From: an uncultured virus (IMG/VR IMGVR_UViG_3300025154_000091)
Taxonomy: Duplodnaviria > Heunggongvirae > Uroviricota > Caudoviricetes
Length of the DNA stretch: 64,000 nt
IMG/VR virus record: IMGVR_UViG_3300025154_000091
Strand: one strand, 5' to 3'
In this document: positions 35,496-46,387 of the stretch, in pieces
How the letters are laid out: each line of letters begins with the position of its first letter
Position numbering within the stretch: position 1 is the first letter of the stretch
Position numbers and translations under genes: made by a program
Notes under the pieces: model-generated
The model's input: the letters and a program-made list of their open reading frames with translations, nothing else
Told to the model about the DNA's origin: nothing
Databases searched by the model: none

Positions 35496-38400
35496 TGGAT
35501 AGGTTTGATGTAGAGTACGAGTACACTCCGAGTTATGAAAGCTTTGATGCAGGAGTAGTAGAATCTCCTTACGCACCTGAGCGTTGGGATATTACCGACA
35601 TTATGAGCTCGTTGTGGAAAGGTACTGGCGAGACTGCTAGGGTTTTAGGTAGAGGTACTGGTATTGAAACACTTGAGAGTGCTGGTAAATCTATCTCCTC
35701 AAGTCAGTTTGCTAAGCCTGATGAAAGTACCTACTTCGGACAAGACTCATATACCAAGAGCATCCTCATGGGCGCAGCTGAGGCTACCCCTCTTACAGCA
35801 ACCTTAGCTGGTGCTGGTGCTGTAGGTACACTGGCTGGACCTATAGGGACTGTAGCAGGATTAGGTGCTGTAGGTGGTGCCCTTGGTAGGGGTCTGTATC
35901 TTGATAACATAGACCGTTATTGGGAAGAGCATCCTGATGGAAACTTAGAAGATGCTCAACAGTATGCTGCTATGCATGCTGGTGTAGAGGCACTGACTGA
36001 GGTTGGTGGTGCTGCACTAGGTTTTGGAGCTCTTAAACTTGGTGGTAAGGTGGCTAAGCCTTTCTTGATTAATGCTATCGAGAAGGGTGCTATCTCTACT
36101 ACTGATGTTCTTGAGACTGTAGCTGCTAAGTCTGGTACATCTAACTTCATGAAGAGGATGTTTGGTGCTACTCTTCCTGAAGGTGGTGAGGAAGTTGTAG
36201 CCTCTTACCTTCAGCACAAGTTAGATACATCCTATAATATGAAGACTGAAGCTCCTGATTATTTCAAGACCTTCATGATTGGTGCTGTAGCCTCTGGACC
36301 TTTTGCTGTTGTTGGTGCTAAAGTAACTGGAGATGCTCAGAATAAGATTAGAACTAATATAGAGAAGGGCCTTCAGTCTGATGTTGTGGAAGAAAGACTC
36401 CACATGGTCAAGCAGGTATATGATACTATTAATAAAGTATCCCCTGATGGCGCTAAGAATTGGGACAACTACGCTAGTGCTGCAGCACTCAATGGCCCTA
36501 TAAGTCTTGATGGTGCTATAGATCCTTCTCTTGCATGGAAGAAACATCTTGCTGATTGGCAGAAGTCTAGAAGGACTGCAGAAGATTATGATAAGATCAC
36601 TAGAGATCCTGCAGATATTCTCAAAGGTAAAGGAATTCCTTCAGGTACTGCAGAGATGCAGACCTCTACAGACCCTTATGGAAAGGGCATAGCACCTCCA
36701 GAAGAGTCTAAGATAGATGAGATCCTTAAGAAGCCTGTAAGTTCTAATTACTGGAAAGAGAAGCTTGCTCTCTGGAAACAGAAGGAAGCTGAGCCTGAGT
36801 ACGTAAAGCCCTATAGCCCCTACTCCATGTCGGCTGCTATGGGTGAGGTAGAGCCTGATACTAATATAGTGCCTCCACCTCCTGTAGAACCTGAGCCAGT
36901 TATTGAAGAGAAGAAGACTCTTGCCCAGAAGCAAGCTGATAAGGTAGCTAAAAAGGCCGAGGTTGTGCCTACAGTCGCTGCAGCTGCTGATGTAGTACCT
37001 ACTACTGAAGAGGTTGTAACTGAAGACTCAGAGTACTCTAAAGACGACTTAGAGGGTATTGAAGTTGAAGTACCCATCGGTAAGGATAAGAAGACTGGTG
37101 AGGTAAAGAAGAAGCTTGGAGTACCAGCTTATGAGGCCCTTGAAGAGATCCGTAAAGATGAGGAGAAGTGGCAAGCAGTTATAGATACAGCTACAGATCC
37201 TGATGTTGCTAAGAAGGCTGAAGCTAGGCTTAAGACTATTAGTGTCCGTAGAAAGTCTGTAGAGAAACAGATAGGACAAGTAGCTAAGACAGGTACTAAA
37301 GAGGATAGAATCAAAGAGCAGATGGTTGATCATGCTGGAGTCATCAATGACCCTTCATCGACCGATAAGCAGAAGAAGAAAGCTAAGGCTGAGATGGAGA
37401 GGCTTGAGAGTCTTCTCCAGAAAGATACCTCAGGGATTGCTAAAGGTGCTACTACTGGTATCACAGCATCTGGAGAGAAACAAGTAGTTCAGTATTCTGA
37501 CAAGGCCTCTGATTGGAAACCGATAAGTAAGGATAAACCTAATGTCCTTATAAATCAGAACAGTATTATTATTAAGAACAATGATAATAACTGGACTGTC
37601 TTTCAAAGAGACGAGGCCGGAAAGGCTGTACTTGTTGGTAGAGGATTTAAGAGGAAGAGCCATGCTATAGAAGCTTTGAGATCTGGACAGACTAAGGAAG
37701 AGTATTACGGTGCTAATCCCGAAGCTGCACCCAAACCCCTGACAGACTCTCAGAAGAAGCTTGTAGATAGTATTGATAATCTTAGAACTTTTGTCGGCTC
37801 TCGTATCAATAGGGTAGTTGATCTTCGAGGAGATCCAGAAGCTGATGGTATAGCCACTGATGCAGTGTTTGAGGCAGCTGGTAAGTTTAAAGAAGATAAA
37901 GGTGCATCCTTTAAGACCTTTGCTACATCTATAGTCGACTCAAGGCTTAAAGAATATAATGAGAATAGATACAAATTCGAGACCCAGGGTGTTGAGAGTA
38001 CTGAGTCTTCAACCGGCACTATAGACTCTGCAACTCGTGAAGATGTTTATGAAACTCCAGTAACTAATGTAATAGAGAAAGAGAAAGCACCACTGCCTGA
38101 AGTCACTAAGGTGGATGTATCTTCTTTATCTCCGGAGCTTCTAGCACGATATGGGCAGGGAAGTATAGTAGAGAAGAAGACTCTTGCTGAACAAAAGGCT
38201 GAACTTGAGGCCAGGAAGCAGTCTGAGAAAGCTAGTACTCTTGAGGTAGACTCCCCTATATTCGAAGAGGAGGTTAAGCCTACTAAAGAGGTTAAAGAGG
38301 TTCCTAAGAAAAAGGAAGCTGCTAAGCCTAAAGCCGAGAAGAAAGCACCAGCTAAGAAGAAGCCTACCCTTGCAGAGAAGAAAGCAGCTGAAGTTAAAGC

Positions 38401-41400
38401 TAAGGTTGATGAGGGTATTGCAAAGCTTGAAGAAGCTAAAGCAGCTATAGGTGCTGAGAAGGACAAGGATTTTAGAGAGGTAGCTAAGATCCCATTCCCT
38501 AATCATATTAAGACTAGAGAGGATGCTATAGCTCATATAGATAGTATGATCTCTCTACTTAGTGGGGCACCTAAGACTGACGCATCTCCTGTAATCCTTC
38601 GTAGGGCTAAAGCCAAAGAGGCATTCGTAGACACTAAAAAGAAAGAGGAGATCTTAAGCACCGAAGAGGTAAACAAGGCCAGAGAGATCCTAGATCGAAC
38701 CAGAGGTAATAAGGAAGAGGCTTACAGAGTAGCAGCTTACATCAAGGATGATGCATTCAGAGCTAAGGTCAGAGCTCAGATAGAGGTTATGAACTATACG
38801 AACCTCTCTAGTATCCTTGAACCATTTCTTAAAAAGGATAAGTCCTCAAAAGAATATCAGCTAGCTGCTTGGATTAACAAGCTTTTACTTGACTCTGGTA
38901 AAAAGAATATCAATGTAATTGTAGATCCTACAGCAGAGTATGAGCAGTTCTCTCATGCTGGCAAGGGTACTGTAATAGTTAAAGCCCTCAATACTACTAA
39001 CGTGAACCTGCATGAAGTCATGCATGCTATCACCAGTAGGGAGATGGACATCTCTCCTGAGTTGAAGGCACGAGTAAGAACCCTCATAGACCTTGTAGAA
39101 AAGGCCGCCCTTGAGCGTTCTGATATAAACATAGATAAGGGTATGCTTAAGAGACTTCGTTCAATAGAGCCCACTTCAGCAGCCTTTAGGAAGGAGTTTG
39201 GAAATGAGGATCTCGGAGAGCATGGAGGAATTCTATATGCCCTGCTTAACGAGAAGGAGTTCCTCGCACAGGTAATGAATGATAAGACCTTCCAGAATCT
39301 CTTGATGGAGATAGAGGTTCCTAAGGTTGGTCTTATGAAATCTTTGTTCGATCATGTTGTTGACATCTTCCTTAAGATCTTTGGTAAGGCTAAGATACAA
39401 CACAATGCTATGAAGGAAGCCTTACAGTTGATGGCTGAACTCTCTAGGGTCAATCTGCCTAATGGACCTGTTGTGTCTAACAAGGTTGATGGATTAATGG
39501 TTGGAGAGAGGTCTCATGGAATCCAGATGGGTACACTTCTTGATGCTCAGTTCAGGGACTCGAGAGGTGACAACATGGAAACTATCAGAAAGGATACTGG
39601 ATGGTATAAGGATCCTATAGATGATAAGTGGAGATATGAGATCTCCGATCATGAAGCTGAGTGGTTGAATCCTTGGGAATCCCTAGAGACCTATGAGGCT
39701 GGGACTGATGGTGAGTTCAAGCTGTTTGATATTCTTATTCATGATAAACTCTTTGAGGCCTATCCTGAAGTTAGGAATATTATGGTCTATAAGGAAGACT
39801 TTGGTAGGGATAATCTTCTCGGAGAGTACAGACCTTATAGTAAGTCTATTGCTGTGAGTGATAAACTGAGTAGTGAAGAAGCTCTCAGTACTATCATGCA
39901 TGAGATACAGCACCTTATTCAGCAGAAAGAGGGGTTTGCCCTTGGCGGTGATATAGGTACTGTAGATATTTTTAATAACATAGAACCTATACGAAGATTT
40001 CTTGAAGAGAAGATAGGAAGAAATTTATCTATAGGAACAGATAGGGGAGTGAGAAATGCTAAAGAGTTGGAGTTCACTCTAAAAGAGTTGGAGTTCCTGG
40101 ACACTGTTGAGAATAAGAATCCAGCTATTATTGGTAACAACCTAAAATACTTTGCTTATAAACTTATAGCTGGTGAAGCTGAGGCTAGAGCTATTCAGAA
40201 GAGAATGAAGTGGGACTCAGCTAAGAGAAGAGATATCTCACCCCTAGAGACTCTTGATGTACCTGCAGATGCTAGAATCTTAGCACCTTCAGATCACTCA
40301 GTGTCTATGTCTTCCAGATCTAAACCTCCTGAGAAGACCCTTGCAGAACGAGCTAAGGTGCTGAGGGAGAATGATGTAAAGGATACAAAGCTCGGAGCCC
40401 TTAAGAACTTCTTCACAGATGACATGTCCAAAGCTATTAAAGGAATGGCTATGGGTATGACAGAAGCTCTTAGGAGAATAGATCCCCGTCTTCTCAACTA
40501 TGTACGTAAGTTTGAGATGGCGATTATTAATTACAATGTTAAGTATCAGAGACTAGCTGACCCATTCGTTAAGAAGTTTAAAGCACTCTCTAAGGATGAT
40601 CAGAGAATGTTGGGTCTGGTTCTTCTCAATAACTTTCCTCAGGATGTAGAGACAAGGTATGAGATCCTGAAGAGAAATAATATGGTATCTGAGTATGAGA
40701 AGGTAGTAGAAGTACTCAAAGATATCCAGAAGCGTAAGAAGATGGTATCTCTTGGAGACTACAAGGAGATTGAGAACTACTTTCCTAGAACTATTAAGGA
40801 TCGTATGGGACTCCTTCAAGCCCTTGAGAGTGATCCCAATTATGGTATCATAGAAGCAGAACTCTCTGAGGCTGGCCTTAATGAAGCTGATAGGGCTAAA
40901 GCCATAGAGAAGTTACTGCACACTGGTAGATACCCCGCACTTGCACTGATGAAGCCAGGATCTAGTAAGAAAAGAAGTATCGAAAGGGTATCCTCAGAGT
41001 GGGCACATTTCTATGAGAACCCTATAGATAGTCTTCTTAGTCACATCTATGAAAACAATGAGGCCATTGAGGCACGTAACATGTTTGGTGATACTAGGCG
41101 TAAGAACCTAGTAGCTGAGCGAGATGCTAAGATGAAAGAGCTTGAAGCAGATAAACTTTCTGCTGGAAAGAGGAAATCTTTGGTAGCTCAGATAGTAGCC
41201 TTGGAGAATGAACTAGATGTATACAACACTACAGAGGGAAAGGAAGCTGCATGGAATGATGGTATAGCAGATCTCTTATCCAAGGAGGGCCATAAATACA
41301 CCGCCAATCAACAGATGGAGATCATCGCACTCATACGTGCGCGTCTTACTCAAAGGGGCATGAGCGGTGCTTGGCAGGTTTTAAGGAACGTATCTCTTAT

Positions 41401-42508
41401 GACAGCTCTTGGTAACCCTACATCAGCTGTTACACAGCTTACAGAGTTTGTAATATCAGTTCATACAAATGGTCTGAAGAATACTCTGAGTAGTATGTTT
41501 GGGGATCAGGTAATTACCACACAGGATCTTGATCTGTCTCACAGCCTTAGAGAGTTCCAGAGTACAGGAAGTGCTGCAGTGTTGGATAAGGTTCTACACT
41601 ATTCAGGTTTGAAGTATATGGACCTGAAGGCTAAGAACACCTTCATGAATGCAGCTATGAAGAAAGCTAAGGGTCAAACCCTAGAGCAGTTTGAGAAAGA
41701 GTGGGGAAAGACTTTAGCTGGAGATACTAAACAAACCTATGAGGAATTGAAGGAAGGTAAGAACTCTGACAGGACTAGGTTCTTTGCATTCAATGCCCTA
41801 TCTGAGTTTGCACCTGTATCTCTCTCTGAGATGCCTATTGGGTATCTGACAGCAGGTAACTATAGACTCTTCTATGCCTTGAAGAGTTATAATATTAAGA
41901 TGATCAACGTGTATGCTCGTAAGCTGTTCTATGGAATGAAGACAGCTAAGACTAAGGGTGAGAAAGCAGCAGCCATTAAGGATGCTATATCTCTCCTGAT
42001 TCTTATGACCCTTGCAGGTGCTGGAGCAGATGAGTTGAAAGATTTTATCATGAACAGAGACGTAGAGTTCAATGATAATGTTCACAACAATCTCCTTAAA
42101 GCATTCTTCATGAATACTTATATGTTGGAGCAGGGAAGCAAGAAGAGTATGGTTAAGACTATGATTACTGATACGCTCTTACCACCTACTAGGTTGTATG
42201 ACGATGCTTATAAAGATCTCAAGAACCTCATAGATATGGACCCTGATACTGAAACAACTATTAAGTTCCTGAAGAGTGTACCTTGGGGTGGTATAGCATA
42301 TGCATGGACTACTGAAGATGCAAACAAAGTAAACTTCACCAATATGAAGAGTGGCATCTCTAAGGATCTGAAGGGAGGTGCTTCTATTGGTGATGTAAGA
42401 AGTAGAATGCTTAAGTACAATAAGTGGGCTAAGCAGTCTGGGGAGGCTCTTATCACCTACTCTACCTTAAAGAATATGAAGAATAAGAGTAGAGATCAGA
42501 AGAAATAA
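35495..42508 (+). CDS. Large polyvalent internal virion protein (2337 aa)
   Basis: Two HExxH motifs (HEVMH, HEIQH), LPD23-like TGWYKDPIDDKWRYEISD, sigma region-2-like segment. Confidence 0.8.
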   Translation: MDRFDVEYEYTPSYESFDAGVVESPYAPERWDITDIMSSLWKGTGETARVLGRGTGIETLESAGKSISSSQFAKPDESTYFGQDSYTKSILMGAAEATPLTATLAGAGAVGTLAGPIGTVAGLGAVGGALGRGLYLDNIDRYWEEHPDGNLEDAQQYAAMHAGVEALTEVGGAALGFGALKLGGKVAKPFLINAIEKGAISTTDVLETVAAKSGTSNFMKRMFGATLPEGGEEVVASYLQHKLDTSYNMKTEAPDYFKTFMIGAVASGPFAVVGAKVTGDAQNKIRTNIEKGLQSDVVEERLHMVKQVYDTINKVSPDGAKNWDNYASAAALNGPISLDGAIDPSLAWKKHLADWQKSRRTAEDYDKITRDPADILKGKGIPSGTAEMQTSTDPYGKGIAPPEESKIDEILKKPVSSNYWKEKLALWKQKEAEPEYVKPYSPYSMSAAMGEVEPDTNIVPPPPVEPEPVIEEKKTLAQKQADKVAKKAEVVPTVAAAADVVPTTEEVVTEDSEYSKDDLEGIEVEVPIGKDKKTGEVKKKLGVPAYEALEEIRKDEEKWQAVIDTATDPDVAKKAEARLKTISVRRKSVEKQIGQVAKTGTKEDRIKEQMVDHAGVINDPSSTDKQKKKAKAEMERLESLLQKDTSGIAKGATTGITASGEKQVVQYSDKASDWKPISKDKPNVLINQNSIIIKNNDNNWTVFQRDEAGKAVLVGRGFKRKSHAIEALRSGQTKEEYYGANPEAAPKPLTDSQKKLVDSIDNLRTFVGSRINRVVDLRGDPEADGIATDAVFEAAGKFKEDKGASFKTFATSIVDSRLKEYNENRYKFETQGVESTESSTGTIDSATREDVYETPVTNVIEKEKAPLPEVTKVDVSSLSPELLARYGQGSIVEKKTLAEQKAELEARKQSEKASTLEVDSPIFEEEVKPTKEVKEVPKKKEAAKPKAEKKAPAKKKPTLAEKKAAEVKAKVDEGIAKLEEAKAAIGAEKDKDFREVAKIPFPNHIKTREDAIAHIDSMISLLSGAPKTDASPVILRRAKAKEAFVDTKKKEEILSTEEVNKAREILDRTRGNKEEAYRVAAYIKDDAFRAKVRAQIEVMNYTNLSSILEPFLKKDKSSKEYQLAAWINKLLLDSGKKNINVIVDPTAEYEQFSHAGKGTVIVKALNTTNVNLHEVMHAITSREMDISPELKARVRTLIDLVEKAALERSDINIDKGMLKRLRSIEPTSAAFRKEFGNEDLGEHGGILYALLNEKEFLAQVMNDKTFQNLLMEIEVPKVGLMKSLFDHVVDIFLKIFGKAKIQHNAMKEALQLMAELSRVNLPNGPVVSNKVDGLMVGERSHGIQMGTLLDAQFRDSRGDNMETIRKDTGWYKDPIDDKWRYEISDHEAEWLNPWESLETYEAGTDGEFKLFDILIHDKLFEAYPEVRNIMVYKEDFGRDNLLGEYRPYSKSIAVSDKLSSEEALSTIMHEIQHLIQQKEGFALGGDIGTVDIFNNIEPIRRFLEEKIGRNLSIGTDRGVRNAKELEFTLKELEFLDTVENKNPAIIGNNLKYFAYKLIAGEAEARAIQKRMKWDSAKRRDISPLETLDVPADARILAPSDHSVSMSSRSKPPEKTLAERAKVLRENDVKDTKLGALKNFFTDDMSKAIKGMAMGMTEALRRIDPRLLNYVRKFEMAIINYNVKYQRLADPFVKKFKALSKDDQRMLGLVLLNNFPQDVETRYEILKRNNMVSEYEKVVEVLKDIQKRKKMVSLGDYKEIENYFPRTIKDRMGLLQALESDPNYGIIEAELSEAGLNEADRAKAIEKLLHTGRYPALALMKPGSSKKRSIERVSSEWAHFYENPIDSLLSHIYENNEAIEARNMFGDTRRKNLVAERDAKMKELEADKLSAGKRKSLVAQIVALENELDVYNTTEGKEAAWNDGIADLLSKEGHKYTANQQMEIIALIRARLTQRGMSGAWQVLRNVSLMTALGNPTSAVTQLTEFVISVHTNGLKNTLSSMFGDQVITTQDLDLSHSLREFQSTGSAAVLDKVLHYSGLKYMDLKAKNTFMNAAMKKAKGQTLEQFEKEWGKTLAGDTKQTYEELKEGKNSDRTRFFAFNALSEFAPVSLSEMPIGYLTAGNYRLFYALKSYNIKMINVYARKLFYGMKTAKTKGEKAAAIKDAISLLILMTLAGAGADELKDFIMNRDVEFNDNVHNNLLKAFFMNTYMLEQGSKKSMVKTMITDTLLPPTRLYDDAYKDLKNLIDMDPDTETTIKFLKSVPWGGIAYAWTTEDANKVNFTNMKSGISKDLKGGASIGDVRSRMLKYNKWAKQSGEALITYSTLKNMKNKSRDQKK

Positions 42509-42509
42509 T

Positions 42510-42527
42510 ACTATATAGACCTATAGG
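42510..42527 (+). promoter_or_regulatory. ACTATATAG motif upstream of the second late unit
   Basis: ACTATATAGACCTATAGG in a 200-bp intergenic gap. Confidence 0.55.
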
Positions 42528-42716
42528 TACTAGGAGATAAGTAAGAACCTTACAGCACCTCTTAGTGCCTATAGTACTATAGAACTTATAGTTCATTTAT
42601 TTCATCTTATATAATACATATATAAGAACCTATTAGCACCTATAGAGCTTTAGCCCCTGTAGGGCTAGTAGTCTCTATACGGAGATAATTATTGTAACTT
42701 ACGAAAGGATTAACTA

Positions 42717-43043
42717 ATGTCTGATTGTGTAAAGAATTGTGAAGCACACTTGTTCATGGTTGAGACAGTAAAAGAAATAAAGACCATGAACCTCGAGCTG
42801 ATGAGGAGTCAACAAGTCTTGGAAAACTCAATCATTAAACTAACAGAAAACCTAAATGAACTACAAAGGATGAATAGTCGTATAGATAATATAATGGAAA
42901 AACAAGAAGAGAAAGAGGCAGCACAAGATCTAGAGATCTCTAACCATAGAGACTTTATGAATAAAGCTTTAGGTAGTTTAGTTCTTGCAACTTTCATTAT
43001 TCCTATTCTCGTATCTCTTGTTGTCTCACTCTACCTTAGATAA
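42717..43043 (+). CDS. Coiled-coil protein with C-terminal TM helix (holin-like)
   Basis: Hydrophobic C-terminus. Confidence 0.55.
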   Translation: MSDCVKNCEAHLFMVETVKEIKTMNLELMRSQQVLENSIIKLTENLNELQRMNSRIDNIMEKQEEKEAAQDLEISNHRDFMNKALGSLVLATFIIPILVSLVVSLYLR

Positions 43044-43052
43044 GGAAATAAA

Positions 43053-43349
43053 ATGGATTATATTGATGTAGTTTTAGGAGCTAATGAGTCTTCTGATAAG
43101 TTTCATGTAACAGGATATTGTGATGTGATCATCTCAGGGCTTACTTCAGGTGCTGTTAAGTTACAGTATCTCCTTCACCCTACAGCAGCCCTACCAATAC
43201 CTGCATGGACTGACTTTCCTGAAGGTTCCTTTAGTGAGAATACCTTTAAGACTATCTACTTATGCTCTCATGGTGTGTACTTTAAGTTTGTTGGTGTAGC
43301 TAATAACGCTGGTGTGTACGTAAAGATTGCTAGAGGGCGGGATGAGTAA
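43053..43349 (+). CDS. Hypothetical beta-rich virion protein
   Basis: SD AAGGA. Confidence 0.6.
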   Translation: MDYIDVVLGANESSDKFHVTGYCDVIISGLTSGAVKLQYLLHPTAALPIPAWTDFPEGSFSENTFKTIYLCSHGVYFKFVGVANNAGVYVKIARGRDE

Positions 43350-44724
43350 GATTACTAATAAGATATTTCCTAAGATCTTTCCAAACTTGTATAGTCCATT
43401 TAGCAGCAATAAGGTTGCTATGAGTACTTACTCCTCTAACCTACTAAGCTTATGGAATGCTTCTACACCTCCTAAATCTATAGTAGGTCCTCAAATAGTC
43501 TACTCAGTAGTCGGTAACCAGCCCGACGCTGACGGCAACATGGCCGCGTGGCCTGTCAATCATCCTGGGAAAGGGGTGATGGTTACTCCTGCCTATGCCC
43601 AGATGTTACAGAACTCCAAGTTTGAGGGGGCTGTGAGTGGGACGCCGGGGATATTGCCTACCAACTGGATACTTGGGACTAGCAGCGGAACGGCATCTAT
43701 CACAGTGGCCGATTTGACTGTAGGAAAGGCTATTACTTACACAATAGTGGATGGCAGAATCATCCACAGTCAGATATTCACTGCTGCGATAAACTCGACA
43801 TATAGATTTGATATAGTTGCAAATTGCGACGGCGTGTTGGTCATGTCTGATATAATCTACATGACAGGGCTACCGGCTAACAGCACGCTGAAGCTATACA
43901 AGGATGGTGTAGAGGTGATTATTTCCCATATCCCGGCAGCAGGACAGTACACGCTATCTGCAATCCTCGTCACCACAGATACAGCAGGTAACCCATCTGT
44001 GCGGATTGGCGCAGGAGTAAACAACACCAGAACGGGAACAGTAACCATCTCCAAACCCCAACTCGTAGCCTCCCCCTACCAAATGCCCTACGCAGCATCA
44101 GGCGCAGGCGCAACCACCTCAGTAACCTCCACAGCAGCCACCAGCGGCGGCAACGGACTGGCGATACCGCTGAATGCAGCTATGACCGCTGCCCTGTGCG
44201 GGGGTGCGTTTACTGCTGCGGCATTGTGCTGGATGGGTGTGAGGAGTGCGGAAATGAGTGCCACAAACGATGAAGTGGTACTATCCGTTAGAAATGCCAA
44301 TCCAGACCTTCTCTATTGTCGAAATTTTGCTGATTATACATCACGAACTTATGACGGAACTACAGCGACTGGTGTTGGTGGATCGATCGCTTGGAGTCGT
44401 GGAGAGATCCACCTCCGAGTAGTCCAGACTAATGTAGCAAAAACTCAATACAGAGTAGGCTATCGCCGCTACACCTCAGCAACGACACCCATAGATGCAA
44501 ATATAGTCTGGGGCAGTTGGACAGCTTACGATGGCAGCATGAACCCTTTGACACACCTGCGATTCGGGTACAATCTCACAGTGCCTATAGGCTTCTTGCA
44601 GACCCAACTGTGGAACAAGTCTGCGAGTGATGCGGAGATACTGAGTGTTTTGGAAGAAGCTATAGATAATACAGTTTTTGAAGACAACCTTGAAATGCTA
44701 GACAACTTGGAGTTACTCGGATGA
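43342..44724 (+). CDS. Putative tail appendage / adhesin-like protein
   Basis: Thr/Gly-rich; carbohydrate-binding-like segments. Confidence 0.55.
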   Translation: MSKITNKIFPKIFPNLYSPFSSNKVAMSTYSSNLLSLWNASTPPKSIVGPQIVYSVVGNQPDADGNMAAWPVNHPGKGVMVTPAYAQMLQNSKFEGAVSGTPGILPTNWILGTSSGTASITVADLTVGKAITYTIVDGRIIHSQIFTAAINSTYRFDIVANCDGVLVMSDIIYMTGLPANSTLKLYKDGVEVIISHIPAAGQYTLSAILVTTDTAGNPSVRIGAGVNNTRTGTVTISKPQLVASPYQMPYAASGAGATTSVTSTAATSGGNGLAIPLNAAMTAALCGGAFTAAALCWMGVRSAEMSATNDEVVLSVRNANPDLLYCRNFADYTSRTYDGTTATGVGGSIAWSRGEIHLRVVQTNVAKTQYRVGYRRYTSATTPIDANIVWGSWTAYDGSMNPLTHLRFGYNLTVPIGFLQTQLWNKSASDAEILSVLEEAIDNTVFEDNLEMLDNLELLG

Positions 44725-45695
44725 AGAAACTACTGACAGTTCTATTGATACTTTTACTCCCAACACTCTCAATAGCAGCACAACAGACTATCTTAGGAGG
44801 GTCTGGGGTGTTGTGGGGAGATGAGAAGGTTAAGCTTAATTCAAACTTTACTGAGATCTATGGTTGGGTGGATCAGAATGTCAAGACTACTAGCAATCCG
44901 TCGTTTGTTAGTATTCATGCAACTGGAGGGAATCTAGCAGCCAGCAATGCACAAGTAACTAAGAAGTGGATTACAGCGCTACCTTACGTAGCTAATGTAA
45001 CCTCTGTTATTCATGGTGGTAAGATGTATATCTGCACTAGTAGTCATACCTCTGGTGCTACTACTGAACCTGGAGTTGGAACTAGCTGGGCTACTGTGTG
45101 GACTATAGGGTATATGGGAGCTTCTGATGTTTCAGTAATTGCTACAGGGTTTGATGGAAATCTTGCTGCTACTGATAATACCTTACAACTTGTAGCTCAG
45201 AGGGTAGATGACCTAGCGGTTTCAGGACTCGCCTCTCTCCCCACAGCCGACAATCAACTGATGCAGGCTACCGGATCAGGAACCTATGCATGGACCAGCA
45301 CACTTGAGGGCATAGGCAGCATAGAAGCAACCGGCACCCTGCAGGGCCGAATGGTCTTCAACTCCTACGCCACAGATACGGCTCTGACCGCTGACAGCAA
45401 CAACTCGGCTGTCGTCCAGCTTACTGTCGCTGGCGAGGCTACCATGTGGGACTGCGAGGCTGCCAACGTCGGTGACTTCGTCATGCTCTGGGCGCGAGAC
45501 GCGGAGAAAATCGAGGTTGTACCGGCATCCGGGGATCATTTCAACCTCTTCGCTGGTACAACCCTGACTGCAGATTACGAGCTTGATATGGCAGCGACTG
45601 CGGGAACAAAGGTTACGTTGATGTGTACCGCCGACGATACGTGGTCGGTGTATTCTGAGACCGCTGCCTGTGCTGATGGAGGAGTAGCTGACTAA
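44721..45695 (+). CDS. Signal-peptide protein with CBM5/12-like module
   Basis: MKKLLTVLLILLLPTLSIA; W...Y....V.HGG.MY.C...HTS. Confidence 0.6.
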   Translation: MKKLLTVLLILLLPTLSIAAQQTILGGSGVLWGDEKVKLNSNFTEIYGWVDQNVKTTSNPSFVSIHATGGNLAASNAQVTKKWITALPYVANVTSVIHGGKMYICTSSHTSGATTEPGVGTSWATVWTIGYMGASDVSVIATGFDGNLAATDNTLQLVAQRVDDLAVSGLASLPTADNQLMQATGSGTYAWTSTLEGIGSIEATGTLQGRMVFNSYATDTALTADSNNSAVVQLTVAGEATMWDCEAANVGDFVMLWARDAEKIEVVPASGDHFNLFAGTTLTADYELDMAATAGTKVTLMCTADDTWSVYSETAACADGGVAD

Positions 45696-46387
45696 TGAAG
45701 AAAACCATACTGATTTTAATACTATGCTTGTGGGCCTCGGCTTCGTGGGCATTTCCTCCTGGGTTTATTGGGGCGAGTTCACAGGGGACGGCTAGTGGAA
45801 CACCTGATCCATCTATCACCTACGAAACCTATTCCAGCAACAGCGGGACGGGAGCTGCTGTAACCTTCACCACTCCTATAGGAACCACAGACGGTGACCT
45901 TCTGGTTATGGTGGTCAACGAGGACGCAGGAAACGGCATCACGCCACTTGCAGGGTGGACACAGATTGCCTATGTTGATAATTATGCGTCCGCCGACGCG
46001 GGGGTATATTACCGAGTATTTCAGACCGGTGATGCGGTTCCGTCCGCTACCTTAGGTTTATCTACCGAGTGGTCAGGGGTTGTGGTGAGATTGAGCAAAA
46101 CATCTGGAACGTGGTCGATAGATGACTTCGCTGCCGCTGGAACGCTAGTTCCGCTTACAGTCACTGCGACAAGCCCAGGAATGTTGCTCTTCTTGTGGGG
46201 GTCTGATGATCCAGCCACTATCAACACTCCTCCCGCTGGTATGGCAGAGGTAGTGATAGTCACTCCCGCCAGTAGTCGTGCTGGTGCTTGGAGGCAGAAT
46301 GTTTCTTCGGCTGGCGATTACGAAAAAGCACTAAACGTAACCGACCAAAACGCTCACTTTCTGGTAGCCCTAGGGCTGACGCCATGA
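45695..46387 (+). CDS. Signal-peptide beta-rich protein
   Basis: MKKTILILILCLWASASWA; GDLLV...GWT motif. Confidence 0.6.
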   Translation: MKKTILILILCLWASASWAFPPGFIGASSQGTASGTPDPSITYETYSSNSGTGAAVTFTTPIGTTDGDLLVMVVNEDAGNGITPLAGWTQIAYVDNYASADAGVYYRVFQTGDAVPSATLGLSTEWSGVVVRLSKTSGTWSIDDFAAAGTLVPLTVTATSPGMLLFLWGSDDPATINTPPAGMAEVVIVTPASSRAGAWRQNVSSAGDYEKALNVTDQNAHFLVALGLTP

